Below, piece after piece: positions 1-10,011 of a DNA stretch of 64,000 nucleotides. How positions within the stretch are numbered: the first letter of the stretch is position 1; each line of letters opens with the position of its first letter. The stretch comes from Candidatus Poribacteria bacterium (GTDB lineage Bacteria; Poribacteria; WGA-4E; WGA-3G). The stretch covers positions 17,533 to 81,532 of the forward strand of contig VXMD01000050.1 in NCBI GenBank assembly GCA_009841255.1, written 5' to 3'. The translations under genes and the position numbers were made by a program. The notes below the pieces were generated by a model. The model searched no databases. It saw only the letters and a list, made by a program, of their open reading frames with translations, and was not told the origin of the DNA.

Positions 1-2
1 GT

Positions 3-824
3 GTGTATGGTTTGAAGTTGCGCGAGGTACCAGAGCGTCGGGAATTCTCACGCCGAATTGCGGACGAGCCTTTCTTCTCACAGCATCCGATTGACGAGAT
101 TCGGGTCCGTACAAATTTTGTGCTTGAACCTATGGAGCGCGAGGTCGCTGCGCTCTACGGGACAGAGGACGGCGCAACAATTGTAACGCGACGCCATGGT
201 GAAGGACGCGTCTTCCTTATCGTTTCTGCGTATCTATTCCACAAAAATGGGCTACAGTATGATGAGAGCAACGCTATGCTCCTCTATAATCTCATGTCAA
301 CACTGCCACGCAACGCACGGATTGGACTCGCTGAAAAGAGATATTACACGGCTGAGACGAGACCGCCGAACCCGTTTACGGCTCTAATGTTTGGGACACG
401 CGGCGGTTTGGCGACCGTCTATATCTGCATCACCCTTTTCGTTTTTCTGGTGCTGCGGGGGCGTCGGTTTGGGAAACCGTTAGATGTGCAGGAGAGAAAT
501 AGGCGTTTGAGTTCCGAGTACGTCCACGCCATGACTGCACTGTATCAGAAAGGCAGCACGCGCCCTGAGATTTTAAAGCACATTCGCGACACGTTCAGGT
601 CGGACCTTGGGAACCGCTGGCGTGTCAATCCGAATGTGGACACACCGACTTTTTTGGAAGAGTTGGAACATCGGGGTGCTGTTGATGCGGATAAAGAGTT
701 GACACATCTGGTGACGGACTTGGAACCGTCGGGTGATATATCGGAGGCACAATTGCTTGACCTCGCAAAGCGCGTCGATACCTACCGTGAAATCGCGAAC
801 ATTAAAAGGTATGTTAAAATATGA
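3..824 (+). CDS. DUF4350-like protein of the MoxR/DUF58 cluster; N-terminus may lie beyond the window edge
   Basis: ORF open from the window start. It ends with a TGA overlapping the ATG of the MoxR gene (ATGA coupling). It has one predicted TM segment. Position upstream of MoxR-DUF58 is typical for this family. Confidence 0.5.
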   Translation: MYGLKLREVPERREFSRRIADEPFFSQHPIDEIRVRTNFVLEPMEREVAALYGTEDGATIVTRRHGEGRVFLIVSAYLFHKNGLQYDESNAMLLYNLMSTLPRNARIGLAEKRYYTAETRPPNPFTALMFGTRGGLATVYICITLFVFLVLRGRRFGKPLDVQERNRRLSSEYVHAMTALYQKGSTRPEILKHIRDTFRSDLGNRWRVNPNVDTPTFLEELEHRGAVDADKELTHLVTDLEPSGDISEAQLLDLAKRVDTYREIANIKRYVKI

Positions 825-1774
825 CGAATCTGGTTCAAACGGTTTTTGAGAAAATGAAGCAGGAGGCACAAAAAGTTATTGTTGGACAAGCGGAGCTTTT
901 TGAGCTTATGGTCGTGAGTCTGTTTTCCGGGGGGCATGTGCTGTTAGAAGGGGTCCCTGGGACAGCGAAGACACTCGTTGCGAAGACCTTGGCAATGATA
1001 GTCTCCGGGCAATTCAGTCGTGTGCAATTCACCCCTGACCTGATGCCGTCGGACATTGTCGGTACCAGCGTCTACGATCTGGCGACGAACCAATTTAACC
1101 TCAAGCGCGGTCCCGTTTTTACGAATGTCCTACTCGCTGATGAGATTAACCGTGCACCGGCGAAGACGCAATCGGCACTCTTAGAGTGTATGGAGGAACG
1201 GCAGGTAAGCATTGACGGTATCCGCCATGAACTCCCACCGCCATTTATGGTATTAGCAACGCAAAATCCTATCGAATACGAAGGCACCTACCCACTCCCC
1301 GAAGCGCAGCTGGATCGGTTTCTGTTCAAATTACGGGTGGATTATCCGCTTCCAGAGGTGGAAACAGAGATTTTGATGAACTATCATCACGGTTTTAATG
1401 CCACACGCTTGGAAACAATAGGTATTAAGAGTGTCGTTGACAGCGCGTCACTTCAGGCGTGTCAGGAGGCGATCCAAGCGATCACAGTGGAAGATTCGAT
1501 CTTCAATTATATTGTCGGTTTGGCGGAAGCATCGCGTGTGTCCAATGAGTTAGTGTTGGGTGGCAGTCCACGCGCCTCAATTGCGCTTTTGTTGGCGAGC
1601 AAAACCTACGCCGCACTTCAAGGACGGGATTATATTCTGCCCGACGATGTCAAATTCTTGGCACCGCCTGTCTATCGGCATCGAATTCTCCTGAAACCGG
1701 ATGCCGAGATTGAGGGACTAACGCCCGACGATGTGATTGATAGATTGCTTGCCGAGGCAGAAATTCCGAGGTAG
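821..1774 (+). CDS. moxR: MoxR-family AAA+ ATPase
   Basis: Walker A GVPGTAKT, Walker [10 protein letters not shown]. 317 aa, with the usual MoxR C-terminal region. Confidence 0.9.
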   Translation: MTNLVQTVFEKMKQEAQKVIVGQAELFELMVVSLFSGGHVLLEGVPGTAKTLVAKTLAMIVSGQFSRVQFTPDLMPSDIVGTSVYDLATNQFNLKRGPVFTNVLLADEINRAPAKTQSALLECMEERQVSIDGIRHELPPPFMVLATQNPIEYEGTYPLPEAQLDRFLFKLRVDYPLPEVETEILMNYHHGFNATRLETIGIKSVVDSASLQACQEAIQAITVEDSIFNYIVGLAEASRVSNELVLGGSPRASIALLLASKTYAALQGRDYILPDDVKFLAPPVYRHRILLKPDAEIEGLTPDDVIDRLLAEAEIPR

Positions 1775-1826
1775 ATGGAAAGGTAGTAAGTGTATCCGGT
1801 GTTTCTCTTCAGAAGTTAATTTTCGT

Positions 1827-1939
1827 AACCGTAGTCCGTAATGTAATGGAGGGGTTTTTGCTTGGGTGTTTCCCCTAGATATACGTAAAGGAACGTCAAA
1901 CCTGAAACCTACCTGCCCGAACCGCAAGGTAAAATTAAA
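1827..1939 (+). repeat. leader-type intergenic element (degenerate copy) ending CCGCAAGGTAAAATTAAA-ATG of the DUF58 gene
   Basis: Shares CCGTAG(T/C)CCGTAA...GGAGGG and the terminal CCGCAAGGTAAAATTAAA with the other copies. Confidence 0.5.
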
Positions 1940-3295
1940 ATGCACTTAAGCAACCGTCTCCTCATCTTCTTACTTATAGTTGCCGTTCCGATTGCGCTTA
2001 GCGGTGTTTCACCGAATCTGTTATTCGTCGGGGGAGCCTATATCGTGGTGCTTTTCGTCGTCAGTGCCGTGGATTACCAGACCAATCCACTTTTAAAAAG
2101 CATCGAAGTTCACCGAGAGATGAATTCCAAATTTTCGTTAGGCGTGGAGAACGTCGTGACGCTGAAGGTCATCAATCGCTCGCGCCATCAGCTCAAAGTG
2201 CGTCTCAAAGACGATTTCCCCGACGAGTTCCTGTTCGATGCGGTTGTCCACGACCGCTATGTTTCCGCGATGGACCAGACGGATATATCGTATCGTCTGA
2301 CACCCCTACGGCGAGGAATTTATCGGTTCGTAGATATACATCTGCGGTGTCAAGGGATCCTGGGACTTGTCGTCCGACAACGGCGTATCCAAGCGGCGAC
2401 GGAAATAAAAGTCTATCCGAACCTGCAAGCGATCCGACAATATGAACTCTTAGTGAAGCGTGGGATGCTCCATCAGATCGGACTCAAGAATTCACGGCGA
2501 TTCGGGGAAGGCACGGAGATGGAGCGACTCCGTGAGTATTTTCCTGATGACGATTTCCGTTGCATGGATTGGAATGCCACTGCGCGGCAACGGAAACCGA
2601 TTGTTCGGGAATTTGAGACCGAACGGAGCCAAGATGTCGTCATTATGGTGGACACTGGGAGGCTCATGGCATCGCCGATCCTTTTAGAGACGTCCAGGCT
2701 ACCTTCTACGGAGGCAACATCGCAAAAGGCGATGCTGAAATTGGATTATGCCATTAATACGACTTTGATGACAGCGTATGTCTCGACGCTCAAGGGGGAT
2801 AAGATTGGGTTGATCGCTTTTGCGGATACCGTTCATCAATACCTTGCGCCGAGGCCCGGCAAAAAGCAGTTTCTCACGATGCTGGAGGCGATCTATGCAC
2901 TCCCTGTCCATGCGGTTGAACCGGATTTTGAAGCGGCATTCAAGTATCTCGCCGCAAAGCAGCGAAAACGTGCGCTTATCATCCTATTTACGGACATCTT
3001 GGATAGCGATTCTGCTGAGGGGATCGCCGCCTATGTGTCGCAACTCTCTAAGCGTCACCTTGTTGCTTGTGTGACCTTGACAGACTCCGGTATCGTTGAA
3101 TTGGCGCAACAGAAGTCTACGGATTCCAAGTCAGTCTATCAGAAGGCAATCGCTGAGCGGTTGTTGCAGGAGAAACATGCAACATTAGAGATCCTGCGGC
3201 GTCGAGGGGTCATCACGATTGATGTCCCTGCGCATCAGTTGACAATGGCGGTGGTGAATAAGTATCTGGAGTTGAAAGCGAAGTCTCAAATTTAA
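1940..3295 (+). CDS. DUF58 domain protein (vWA-like MoxR partner)
   Basis: N-terminal TM helices. Central DUF58 and vWA-like region (VIMVDTG). Located immediately after MoxR. Confidence 0.8.
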   Translation: MHLSNRLLIFLLIVAVPIALSGVSPNLLFVGGAYIVVLFVVSAVDYQTNPLLKSIEVHREMNSKFSLGVENVVTLKVINRSRHQLKVRLKDDFPDEFLFDAVVHDRYVSAMDQTDISYRLTPLRRGIYRFVDIHLRCQGILGLVVRQRRIQAATEIKVYPNLQAIRQYELLVKRGMLHQIGLKNSRRFGEGTEMERLREYFPDDDFRCMDWNATARQRKPIVREFETERSQDVVIMVDTGRLMASPILLETSRLPSTEATSQKAMLKLDYAINTTLMTAYVSTLKGDKIGLIAFADTVHQYLAPRPGKKQFLTMLEAIYALPVHAVEPDFEAAFKYLAAKQRKRALIILFTDILDSDSAEGIAAYVSQLSKRHLVACVTLTDSGIVELAQQKSTDSKSVYQKAIAERLLQEKHATLEILRRRGVITIDVPAHQLTMAVVNKYLELKAKSQI

Positions 3296-3337
3296 GCAAG
3301 TTTAAGTATTAACGTTCAAGTTTTGCATCCCTAACCG

Positions 3338-3420
3338 GGTTGGAAAGTTGGAAGATGGGAAGGGTGGAAGATAGCGAATATGATGTTTCTTCCAATCTTC
3401 CTGTGCTTCCATCCTTCCTC
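3338..3420. repeat. GGAAG/CTTCC-rich long imperfect palindrome downstream of the DUF58 gene
   Basis: GGTTGGAAAGTTGGAAGATGGGAAGGGTGGAAGAT ... TCTTCCAATCTTCCTGTGCTTCCATCCTTCC. Possible terminator or REP-like element. Confidence 0.45.
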
Positions 3421-3445
3421 AAAACTTAACATTGATTTTTTTATA

Positions 3446-3600
3446 TTGCTTAAGCAATTTTCGGTATTAAATATGCACATTGTCTGTCGATGATGGGCGG
3501 GGAAACCCTAGGGGAAACACCCAAGCAAAAACACCCTACGGGGTCCGCACCCATCAGAAAGGCAGAAAAATTGTAATTTATTATTTAATATTGCTTAATG
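3446..3600. mobile_element. MITE-like intergenic element with terminal inverted repeats TTAAGCAAT / ATTGCTTAA
   Basis: Near-identical to 29344..29460, apart from a roughly 30-bp internal insertion whose reverse complement recurs at 1849..1878. Confidence 0.55.
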
Positions 3601-4548
3601 TGCTTTCGCTGCAAAGAGGTAGGTGAACAGTAGGATCCCTGTCAAGGCACCGAATCCGATTTTGACGGAGGGGAGTAGGCTGGAAGGCGACACAAAACCC
3701 TCAATAATCCCCGCAACGACGAGTAAGGCAACGCAGCCACCGAGCAGTTGAATCGCTGTTCTCGCGGCGTCCGTCAACGTCCGTTTCCGCGTGAAGTGCG
3801 ATGGGGCGATGAGTGCGTATCCTAATTTCAACCCGGCACCGCCAGCAATGAAAATCGTTGTGAGTTCGATATAACCGTGCGGCGATACAAACGACCAGAG
3901 TGCGAGCGCAACCCCATTGGTATGACACAGACCCGCGACAGCACCGATGGCAATGCCGTTGAGAACTAAAATGTAGGCGGTACCTACCATGAATATGATG
4001 CCGCCAGCAAAGGCTAAAAACGCGACCCGAATGTTGTTCGTCATTACGAAAGATGCGAATAGATTCCGATTTTCTGTTGAGGTATCGTTCCATGCACCGT
4101 CCTCTAATTCTTTGATGTGAGACACGAAGTGTTCAGGGACGAGTTGTTCCGCAAGTTCAGGCGTATTTAGAGCGATCCAGTATGCGGCTGCAAATGAGAG
4201 GGTGAACATCAGGAACGCTACGCCGATGAAGTTGAGGTTTTCACGGAATACTTTCGGGAAACCGAAAAAAAGAAACCGACGAAGTGAGCCACGCTTGAAA
4301 GGGGCGGTTTGGTAGACTGCGGCGTGTGCGCGGGATGTAAGGGCGTTGAGATAGGAGACGCACGGATCTTGTGGGAAATCACGTCGGGCGACCGCTAAAT
4401 CGGACGTAACGCGACGGTATAGATACCCAAGCCGATTGAGTTGATTCGTACTCGCACCGCGTGAACGGTTGAGGAGTGCCTCAAGTTCGTCCCAAGATTT
4501 CTGTTTTTTGGCAATGAATTCTGTTGCGGTCATGGTTAAATTAAACAC
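3595..4548 (-). CDS. SpoIIM-like (DUF95) polytopic membrane protein
   Basis: Multiple hydrophobic helices. Convergent partner in the MoxR/DUF58/RDD cluster. TAA stop. Confidence 0.6.
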   Translation of the reverse strand: MFNLTMTATEFIAKKQKSWDELEALLNRSRGASTNQLNRLGYLYRRVTSDLAVARRDFPQDPCVSYLNALTSRAHAAVYQTAPFKRGSLRRFLFFGFPKVFRENLNFIGVAFLMFTLSFAAAYWIALNTPELAEQLVPEHFVSHIKELEDGAWNDTSTENRNLFASFVMTNNIRVAFLAFAGGIIFMVGTAYILVLNGIAIGAVAGLCHTNGVALALWSFVSPHGYIELTTIFIAGGAGLKLGYALIAPSHFTRKRTLTDAARTAIQLLGGCVALLVVAGIIEGFVSPSSLLPSVKIGFGALTGILLFTYLFAAKAH

Positions 4549-4603
4549 TGAATCGTATTGAAAATCAACCTATTTTACAGGGGAAGGTTCCTGACTTTTA
4601 CAC

Positions 4604-5392
4604 ATGAACGAACAGGTATCCGTGGAAACACCGGAACAGATTGATATAGAATTCCAGCAGGCAGGTATCGGTTCTCGTTTCTATGCGGCACTCATTGATA
4701 CCGCGGTGCTTACGCTGATTTCACTCGTCGGATATTACGTCAACAGGCGGTTTATCTCCGAACTCGGGGATATTGTCGGTAATTGGCTCGGCGCGTTGGG
4801 CGGGGTTATCGTTTTCGCGCTGTTCTGGGGTTACTATATGGTGTTCGAGGTTACCACGAATGGTCAGACTCTTGGAAAACGCGTCCTCGGTTTACGTGTT
4901 ATCAAGGAGGGTGGCTATCCGATCGGTTTTGCTGATGCTGCGATCCGTAATTTGGTGCGAATCGTCGATTTTCTTCCTTTCTTTTATGCCGCGGGTTTAC
5001 TGTGTATGGTGATAAACAGGAAGTGGCAGCGATTGGGGGACCTCGCGGCGGGGACACTTGTCATTAAAACGGCACGGACAGCGTTAAAACCGACCGGTGC
5101 CGGTTCACACGCAGAGAACGCATCTATCAGCATTCCACCCCGAGAATTTATCTACACTGCGTGGATACAACCGGCGTTGGTGACGGAGACAGAGATGGGG
5201 GTGATTCGTGAATATCTTGGGCGTCGAGCAACGCTCCCGGGACCCCGTCGATTGGAACTCGCACGCGTCATCGCCAATCCTATCGTTGAAAGGATGGGCG
5301 TGCCTGGCTTTATTGGCTACGATAGGTTTTTGGAGGAGGTCTACATGCTACAAACCTACGAAGAACTGAATCATATTGAGACTGATAGTTAA
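4604..5392 (+). CDS. RDD family membrane protein
   Basis: N-terminal RDD-like domain with R..D..D spacing and TM helices. Confidence 0.65.
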   Translation: MNEQVSVETPEQIDIEFQQAGIGSRFYAALIDTAVLTLISLVGYYVNRRFISELGDIVGNWLGALGGVIVFALFWGYYMVFEVTTNGQTLGKRVLGLRVIKEGGYPIGFADAAIRNLVRIVDFLPFFYAAGLLCMVINRKWQRLGDLAAGTLVIKTARTALKPTGAGSHAENASISIPPREFIYTAWIQPALVTETEMGVIREYLGRRATLPGPRRLELARVIANPIVERMGVPGFIGYDRFLEEVYMLQTYEELNHIETDS

Positions 5393-5395
5393 AAT

Positions 5396-5424
5396 TTGCC
5401 TAAATATGGGAACTTTGCTAAAAT
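5396..5424 (+). promoter_or_regulatory. sigma70-like promoter TTGCCT-17-TAAAAT for the LamG gene
   Basis: Spacing is exactly 17 nt. Located about 85 nt upstream of ATG 5510. Confidence 0.45.
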
Positions 5425-5509
5425 GAGGGTGTTACCGAAAGAATGCTGTCGTATGCAGAAACTGTCTGGATTTTCATAGTAGATTACACCGCAACAGGAG
5501 GTAGACTTT

Positions 5510-6340
5510 ATGAAGGTTTTGGGGATATTTCTCTTATCACTGGGGGGCATTGTCGCGTTCAGCGCGATGAGTGAGGCTGTTCGGGAAGACGATTTGGCAC
5601 TCTACCTTTCCTTTGACGAAGCGAAAGGGGATACAGCCAAAGATAAGTCCAAACATGGAAATGATGGGACCCTTCACAAAGCAAAGCGAGTAAAGGGCAA
5701 AATTGGTCAGGCAATCGAGTTGGAGGGTGCACCCGGCGGTTGGGTGGAAGTACCAGATTCCGATTCCTTGGATATCACCGATGAAATCACCTTGATGTGT
5801 TGGGTGTATCCGACCGAGTTCACAAATGAGTGGTTCCGGATTATTGTGAAGACGTGGGCAGGCGATACCGCCCCGTGGATGGTCTATGGGTTCTATGAGC
5901 AGGGCGGATCTAACGGAAAGACGGGGTTTATTATCTCTGTTAATAAGGGAACGGAGAAGCGGTGCGGCAATGGTCCGAGTCCACAGTTACCGCCGGAAGA
6001 GTGGACGCATCTTGCGGCTACCTACGACGGAAGTCAGATGAAACTTTACTATGATGGTGAAATGAAAGTCGAACAGGATGCCAAGGGTAAGATTGATACA
6101 AACGATGTTCCTGTGTCGGTAGGTCGAAACAGTGAAGGGAATCGGGAACATTACATTGGACTCATCGATGAGGTCGCAATCTGGAGCGTTGCGCTTGATG
6201 AAGACGAAATCAATCAGGCAATGGATCGGGTTTATGCTGTCGAGCCAGAAGGCAAGTTACCCACGAGATGGGGCGCGCTAAAAGGCGGGTATCTGAGAGT
6301 GCCTAAATCGTTTACTCCAAGAGGACCGAATTGGCAGTAG
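5510..6340 (+). CDS. secreted LamG/concanavalin A-like jelly-roll domain protein
   Basis: Signal peptide and LamG-like motifs. Paralog of 40160..40936. AGGAGG ribosome-binding site and a TTGCCT-17-TAAAAT promoter upstream. Confidence 0.65.
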   Translation: MKVLGIFLLSLGGIVAFSAMSEAVREDDLALYLSFDEAKGDTAKDKSKHGNDGTLHKAKRVKGKIGQAIELEGAPGGWVEVPDSDSLDITDEITLMCWVYPTEFTNEWFRIIVKTWAGDTAPWMVYGFYEQGGSNGKTGFIISVNKGTEKRCGNGPSPQLPPEEWTHLAATYDGSQMKLYYDGEMKVEQDAKGKIDTNDVPVSVGRNSEGNREHYIGLIDEVAIWSVALDEDEINQAMDRVYAVEPEGKLPTRWGALKGGYLRVPKSFTPRGPNWQ

Positions 6341-6474
6341 GCACAGTCTCCACAACCGAAGTAACCAAAGATGGGCATCGCAAGTGTGATGCCCTCTTTT
6401 TTTATGGTGAATTATCAAAATATGTGAACATCTTGTAGGGGTAGGTCTTGTGCCTACCCACAAATCCACTATAA

Positions 6475-7788
6475 TTACTGCCCGAGGCGTTCCAGCATTT
6501 TGCGGGCGTTTTGGTTCTGCGGGTCCAAGCGTAGCACTTCTCGGAATTCACGAATAGCCCGATCTTCCTCGCCGAGTTTGTAGTAAGCGGTTCCCAATGC
6601 CCCATGCGTTAGCGCATTGTCCGGATTGCGTTGAAGTGCTTTTTGAAAGCAAGAGACGGCTTCATCGTACTCCTGTTTCGACAGCAAAATTATGCCGAGG
6701 TGATGCAGAGCACTTTCATCTGAAGGATTCAGTTCAAGGATAATGCGGTATCCGATTGCGGCTCTATCATACATCCTCTTTTGCCAATAAATCTGTGTCA
6801 AGTTTCGGTGGAACTCGATGTTTTCAGGCGCAATCTTAATCGCTTTTTGGCAGTGGCGAATCGCCGCATCAAGGTCTCCAGTTCGCCGGTAGATGACCCC
6901 AAGCCCACCGTAAGCATCGGCGAAATTCGGTTCGAGTTGGATCGCTGTTTGATAGGCGGCACTCGCTTTTTCGATCTTACCCTCATGATAGTAAGCGAGT
7001 CCTAAATTGTAGTGGCTTTGGACTTTTAAATCGGTGGTTTCTGTTGGATTCCGGGGTGTGTTCTCCGTGTCGTGGATAACCGTCAATGTGTTCTCTAAAA
7101 CAGCAATGGCTTCACTATATTGCTTGTTGAGCAGGCGCGCGATTCCGTAATTGAGCCAGAGATGCGGGTCCTTATTAAGCCCCGATATTGCCACCTCCAG
7201 TTCACTGACCGCGCGCTTGAAGTCCCCTTGTTGTAGGTATCGGTTTCCACGTTCAGCGTAGCGTTGTGCTGTTACGCCGAGTTTCAGGACATCCCACCAC
7301 CGTGGATCGTGCATCTGTGTGTATTTTGTTCGTTTGCGTGAGGCTTGCGCATGTTGGGTAGCGGCAGCCGTTTCTCCGAGAATCCTCGCAATTTGTGCCA
7401 TTGCGGCGTGTGCTTCGCTCTGTTCTGGATTGAGTTTCAAGGCGCGTTGCAAGTGGCTTTGCGCCGTTTCAAACTGTTGGGTGGCGAGTGCGAGTTCACC
7501 GAGCCATAAAGAGGCATACGGGTTCCGAGGATCCAATTCGTTGGCGGTTTCGAGGTGTACTTTCGCTTGCTGTAGGTGTCCGAGGCTTCGGAGGGCAGCG
7601 GCATGGTAGATATGAGCGGGTGCATAGTGCGGGTCGAGTTTGATGGCTTCAGCAAGCGTTTGGGCAGCGGCTTGTGGGTTGACTTTATAGGTGGTCAACC
7701 CGAGGTAGTATAACCAGTGGAATTCGGTGGGCGCAATCTCGACGGCACTTCGGTAACACTGAGCGGCTTCCACCTCCCAGCCGTGCAC
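6475..7788 (-). CDS. TPR repeat protein (as called from a GTG start; the TPR motif continues upstream across an in-frame TGA)
   Basis: About ten TPR units. The start codon at 7786-7788 is GTG. The residues just upstream (GQLGNIYF) already fit TPR positions 5-12. Confidence 0.7.
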   Translation of the reverse strand: MHGWEVEAAQCYRSAVEIAPTEFHWLYYLGLTTYKVNPQAAAQTLAEAIKLDPHYAPAHIYHAAALRSLGHLQQAKVHLETANELDPRNPYASLWLGELALATQQFETAQSHLQRALKLNPEQSEAHAAMAQIARILGETAAATQHAQASRKRTKYTQMHDPRWWDVLKLGVTAQRYAERGNRYLQQGDFKRAVSELEVAISGLNKDPHLWLNYGIARLLNKQYSEAIAVLENTLTVIHDTENTPRNPTETTDLKVQSHYNLGLAYYHEGKIEKASAAYQTAIQLEPNFADAYGGLGVIYRRTGDLDAAIRHCQKAIKIAPENIEFHRNLTQIYWQKRMYDRAAIGYRIILELNPSDESALHHLGIILLSKQEYDEAVSCFQKALQRNPDNALTHGALGTAYYKLGEEDRAIREFREVLRLDPQNQNARKMLERLGQ

Positions 7789-7812
7789 GAAATAGATATT
7801 GCCTAACTGTCC

Positions 7813-8064
7813 TCACGCCGTGGCATCTTTAGGAGTTTCAATCAATGCTTTCTGTGCGACTTTAACGGCAGTTAAGAGTCGTTGTTCTTCGACGCGTCCT
7901 ATGTCGCTCGGCTGTGGCACCCAACTCGGCGTGAGCGCAGTGTGCCGATTTCCATCTACACCCACCTGCTGATTGGAAACGTCTGCGGGGGTGGGCGTCC
8001 CGACTTCGCTACAAAGGAGCAGCGCGCAGCACACCAAAAGCGGTGCACAATAGATTCCTTTCAT
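7813..8064 (-). other. signal-peptide-bearing N-terminal fragment in the same frame as the TPR gene, separated by a single TGA at 7813..7815
   Basis: The fragment ends ...KALIETPKDATA-TGA and the next codons read GQLGNIYFVHGW. The TGA sits at the conserved Trp4 position of a TPR motif. Confidence 0.4.
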
Positions 8065-8073
8065 CCATCTCTC

Positions 8074-8805
8074 CTATATGACATACGGTTCGGGGTTGCG
8101 CTCGACCTCTGCCAAAAGCGTATCCACATACGTCTCAATGTGGAACAACCGACACATGGAATCTCCTACCTTTCCTTGTCTCAACTGACTGAGTCCTTCC
8201 CAAAACGCCCCGAGTTCTGGTCGTTTCAGACGGATATATTCCGCCTGTGGATCGTCGGCAAGACGGTTGTTCCAATGGATAACCTCAACGAGATGGATGT
8301 AGGTCGAGGTCTCGTAATCGACACCGATCATGAGAAGTTTAGCGTTCGTCTTATAGGCACGGAACATCGGTGAATGCGTGCCGTAAGTCTTTCCCCACGG
8401 GTAATGATCCCACGGTGATTCGTGGCCTTCGCGGCGACGGTGATCAGACACAAACGCCTTTGCATCTCTCCCGCGAGCGGCAACGGCGTGCGAATAGTGG
8501 TCAGAGCGATAGGTGTCGGGCATCTGTCGAAAAAATTCTGTCAGCCAACCGACTGTGGACGGCGTCTGGTTGACATTCCATGCTGCGACACGCTCTTCCC
8601 GACTCGATAAAAGGCTGAAGGTCGGCATCAGAATCAGTCCTTCCGCCCCGACTGCCGCTTCTAATGCCGTGATGACTGTCCCTGCTCCACCTTCGACAGG
8701 TCCGAGACTCTTGAAAGATGAATGGATAAAGAGTGTATCTCCTTTTTCAATGCCGAGGTCGGTAAAATCTTCGGTGAGTTTTTCGTGGATATAAGGTGTT
8801 TGCAT
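8074..8805 (-). CDS. aminoglycoside N(3)-acetyltransferase family protein (AAC(3)-like)
   Basis: LFIHSSFKSL, GLILMPTFS and LLMIGVDYETSTYIHLVE blocks align with AAC(3) proteins. 243 aa. Confidence 0.7.
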   Translation of the reverse strand: MQTPYIHEKLTEDFTDLGIEKGDTLFIHSSFKSLGPVEGGAGTVITALEAAVGAEGLILMPTFSLLSSREERVAAWNVNQTPSTVGWLTEFFRQMPDTYRSDHYSHAVAARGRDAKAFVSDHRRREGHESPWDHYPWGKTYGTHSPMFRAYKTNAKLLMIGVDYETSTYIHLVEVIHWNNRLADDPQAEYIRLKRPELGAFWEGLSQLRQGKVGDSMCRLFHIETYVDTLLAEVERNPEPYVI

Positions 8806-8827
8806 TTTCAGGAATTTTAAGTTTTAA

Positions 8828-10006
8828 TCAAGGATGCAAGGTTTTACCGTAAACAGCACTATATTTTTGAACCAATTCGACGATTCTTCCTGCGTTTTCC
8901 CTTCGCATCCGCTTCGCGACTCGCAGTGGGGTCTGCCCTTTCCGGTTCTTGACGTTCGGGTTTGCGCCTTTGATGAGCAACGCTTCCAACGCCGATCGTT
9001 GTTTTTCGCCACTCTTTATTGTCGATCGGATCGCCTCAAACAGTGGGGTTTCGCCGTCGTTGTCAAGGGCATCAAGGTCCGCCCCGTTTTCGATGAGCAG
9101 ATTGATGACGTTGAGGAAACCCGCCTTCGCTGCATAATGTAACCCCGTTTTCCCTTTATAATTCTGAATATTAATGTCGGCACCCAGTGCTAACAGTTGC
9201 TGGATTTCGTCTGGATGTTCGCCGTTGTCGCCACGGCAGGCATAGACGAGTGGGGGCCAACTCTGATTTTCTGCGTTTATATCCTTGGACGGGACGCCGT
9301 GCGCCTTGAGGAGCACGCTCATTTCGGAGTCGTCGTCCAAAATGCGCGGGGCTTTACTCGGATCCGCCCCGTTTTCGAGTAACAACTTGGCAATCTCCAC
9401 CCGATCGTACGCGACGGCATAATCGAGGAAACGTTCGCTGTGCGGTTTGATTGTCGCCCCGCGTGAGATGAGCAGGTCCACAATCGCGGGGTTTCCGCCC
9501 ACGATGGCATAGCAGAGCGGTGTCGCCCACGCCGCGTGACGGTGTTCAAAAGTATGGGGTTGCCCTGCCGGTAGCATTACTGCCTGCAGGTATCCACTGT
9601 TGATGGTATCTGGGTCATTATTGAGATGCGCTCGGACGGTATCGTAATCTCTGAGATAGGCGGCGGTATGGATGTCGAGTGTCGCGCCGTGCTGAAACAG
9701 ATAGTCCGCTACGAGATCGCGCCCCTCATACCGTGCGACGCAGTAGGGGGTTATCTCAATCCTGTGCTGGATATGATAGCAACCCGGCAAGTTTATATCG
9801 GCACGGCGTTCGAGGAGGAATTGAACCATCTCCAGTTTGCCCCGATATGCGGCTTCCCACAACATCGTCCGACCGTGTGAACCGACGGTGTGAATCCACG
9901 CCGGATTGTCATCGACCAGTAGTCGGACGGTTTCAAGATCCCCGCGTCCTGCCGCGGCGACAACAATTTTCAGGAAATCACTCTGGTTTCCAGTGAGGTT
10001 TGGCAT
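8828..10006 (-). CDS. ankyrin repeat protein
   Basis: About ten ANK repeats with the G-TPLH..A...G motif. Confidence 0.85.
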   Translation of the reverse strand: MPNLTGNQSDFLKIVVAAAGRGDLETVRLLVDDNPAWIHTVGSHGRTMLWEAAYRGKLEMVQFLLERRADINLPGCYHIQHRIEITPYCVARYEGRDLVADYLFQHGATLDIHTAAYLRDYDTVRAHLNNDPDTINSGYLQAVMLPAGQPHTFEHRHAAWATPLCYAIVGGNPAIVDLLISRGATIKPHSERFLDYAVAYDRVEIAKLLLENGADPSKAPRILDDDSEMSVLLKAHGVPSKDINAENQSWPPLVYACRGDNGEHPDEIQQLLALGADINIQNYKGKTGLHYAAKAGFLNVINLLIENGADLDALDNDGETPLFEAIRSTIKSGEKQRSALEALLIKGANPNVKNRKGQTPLRVAKRMRRENAGRIVELVQKYSAVYGKTLHP

Positions 10007-10011
10007 TGGCT

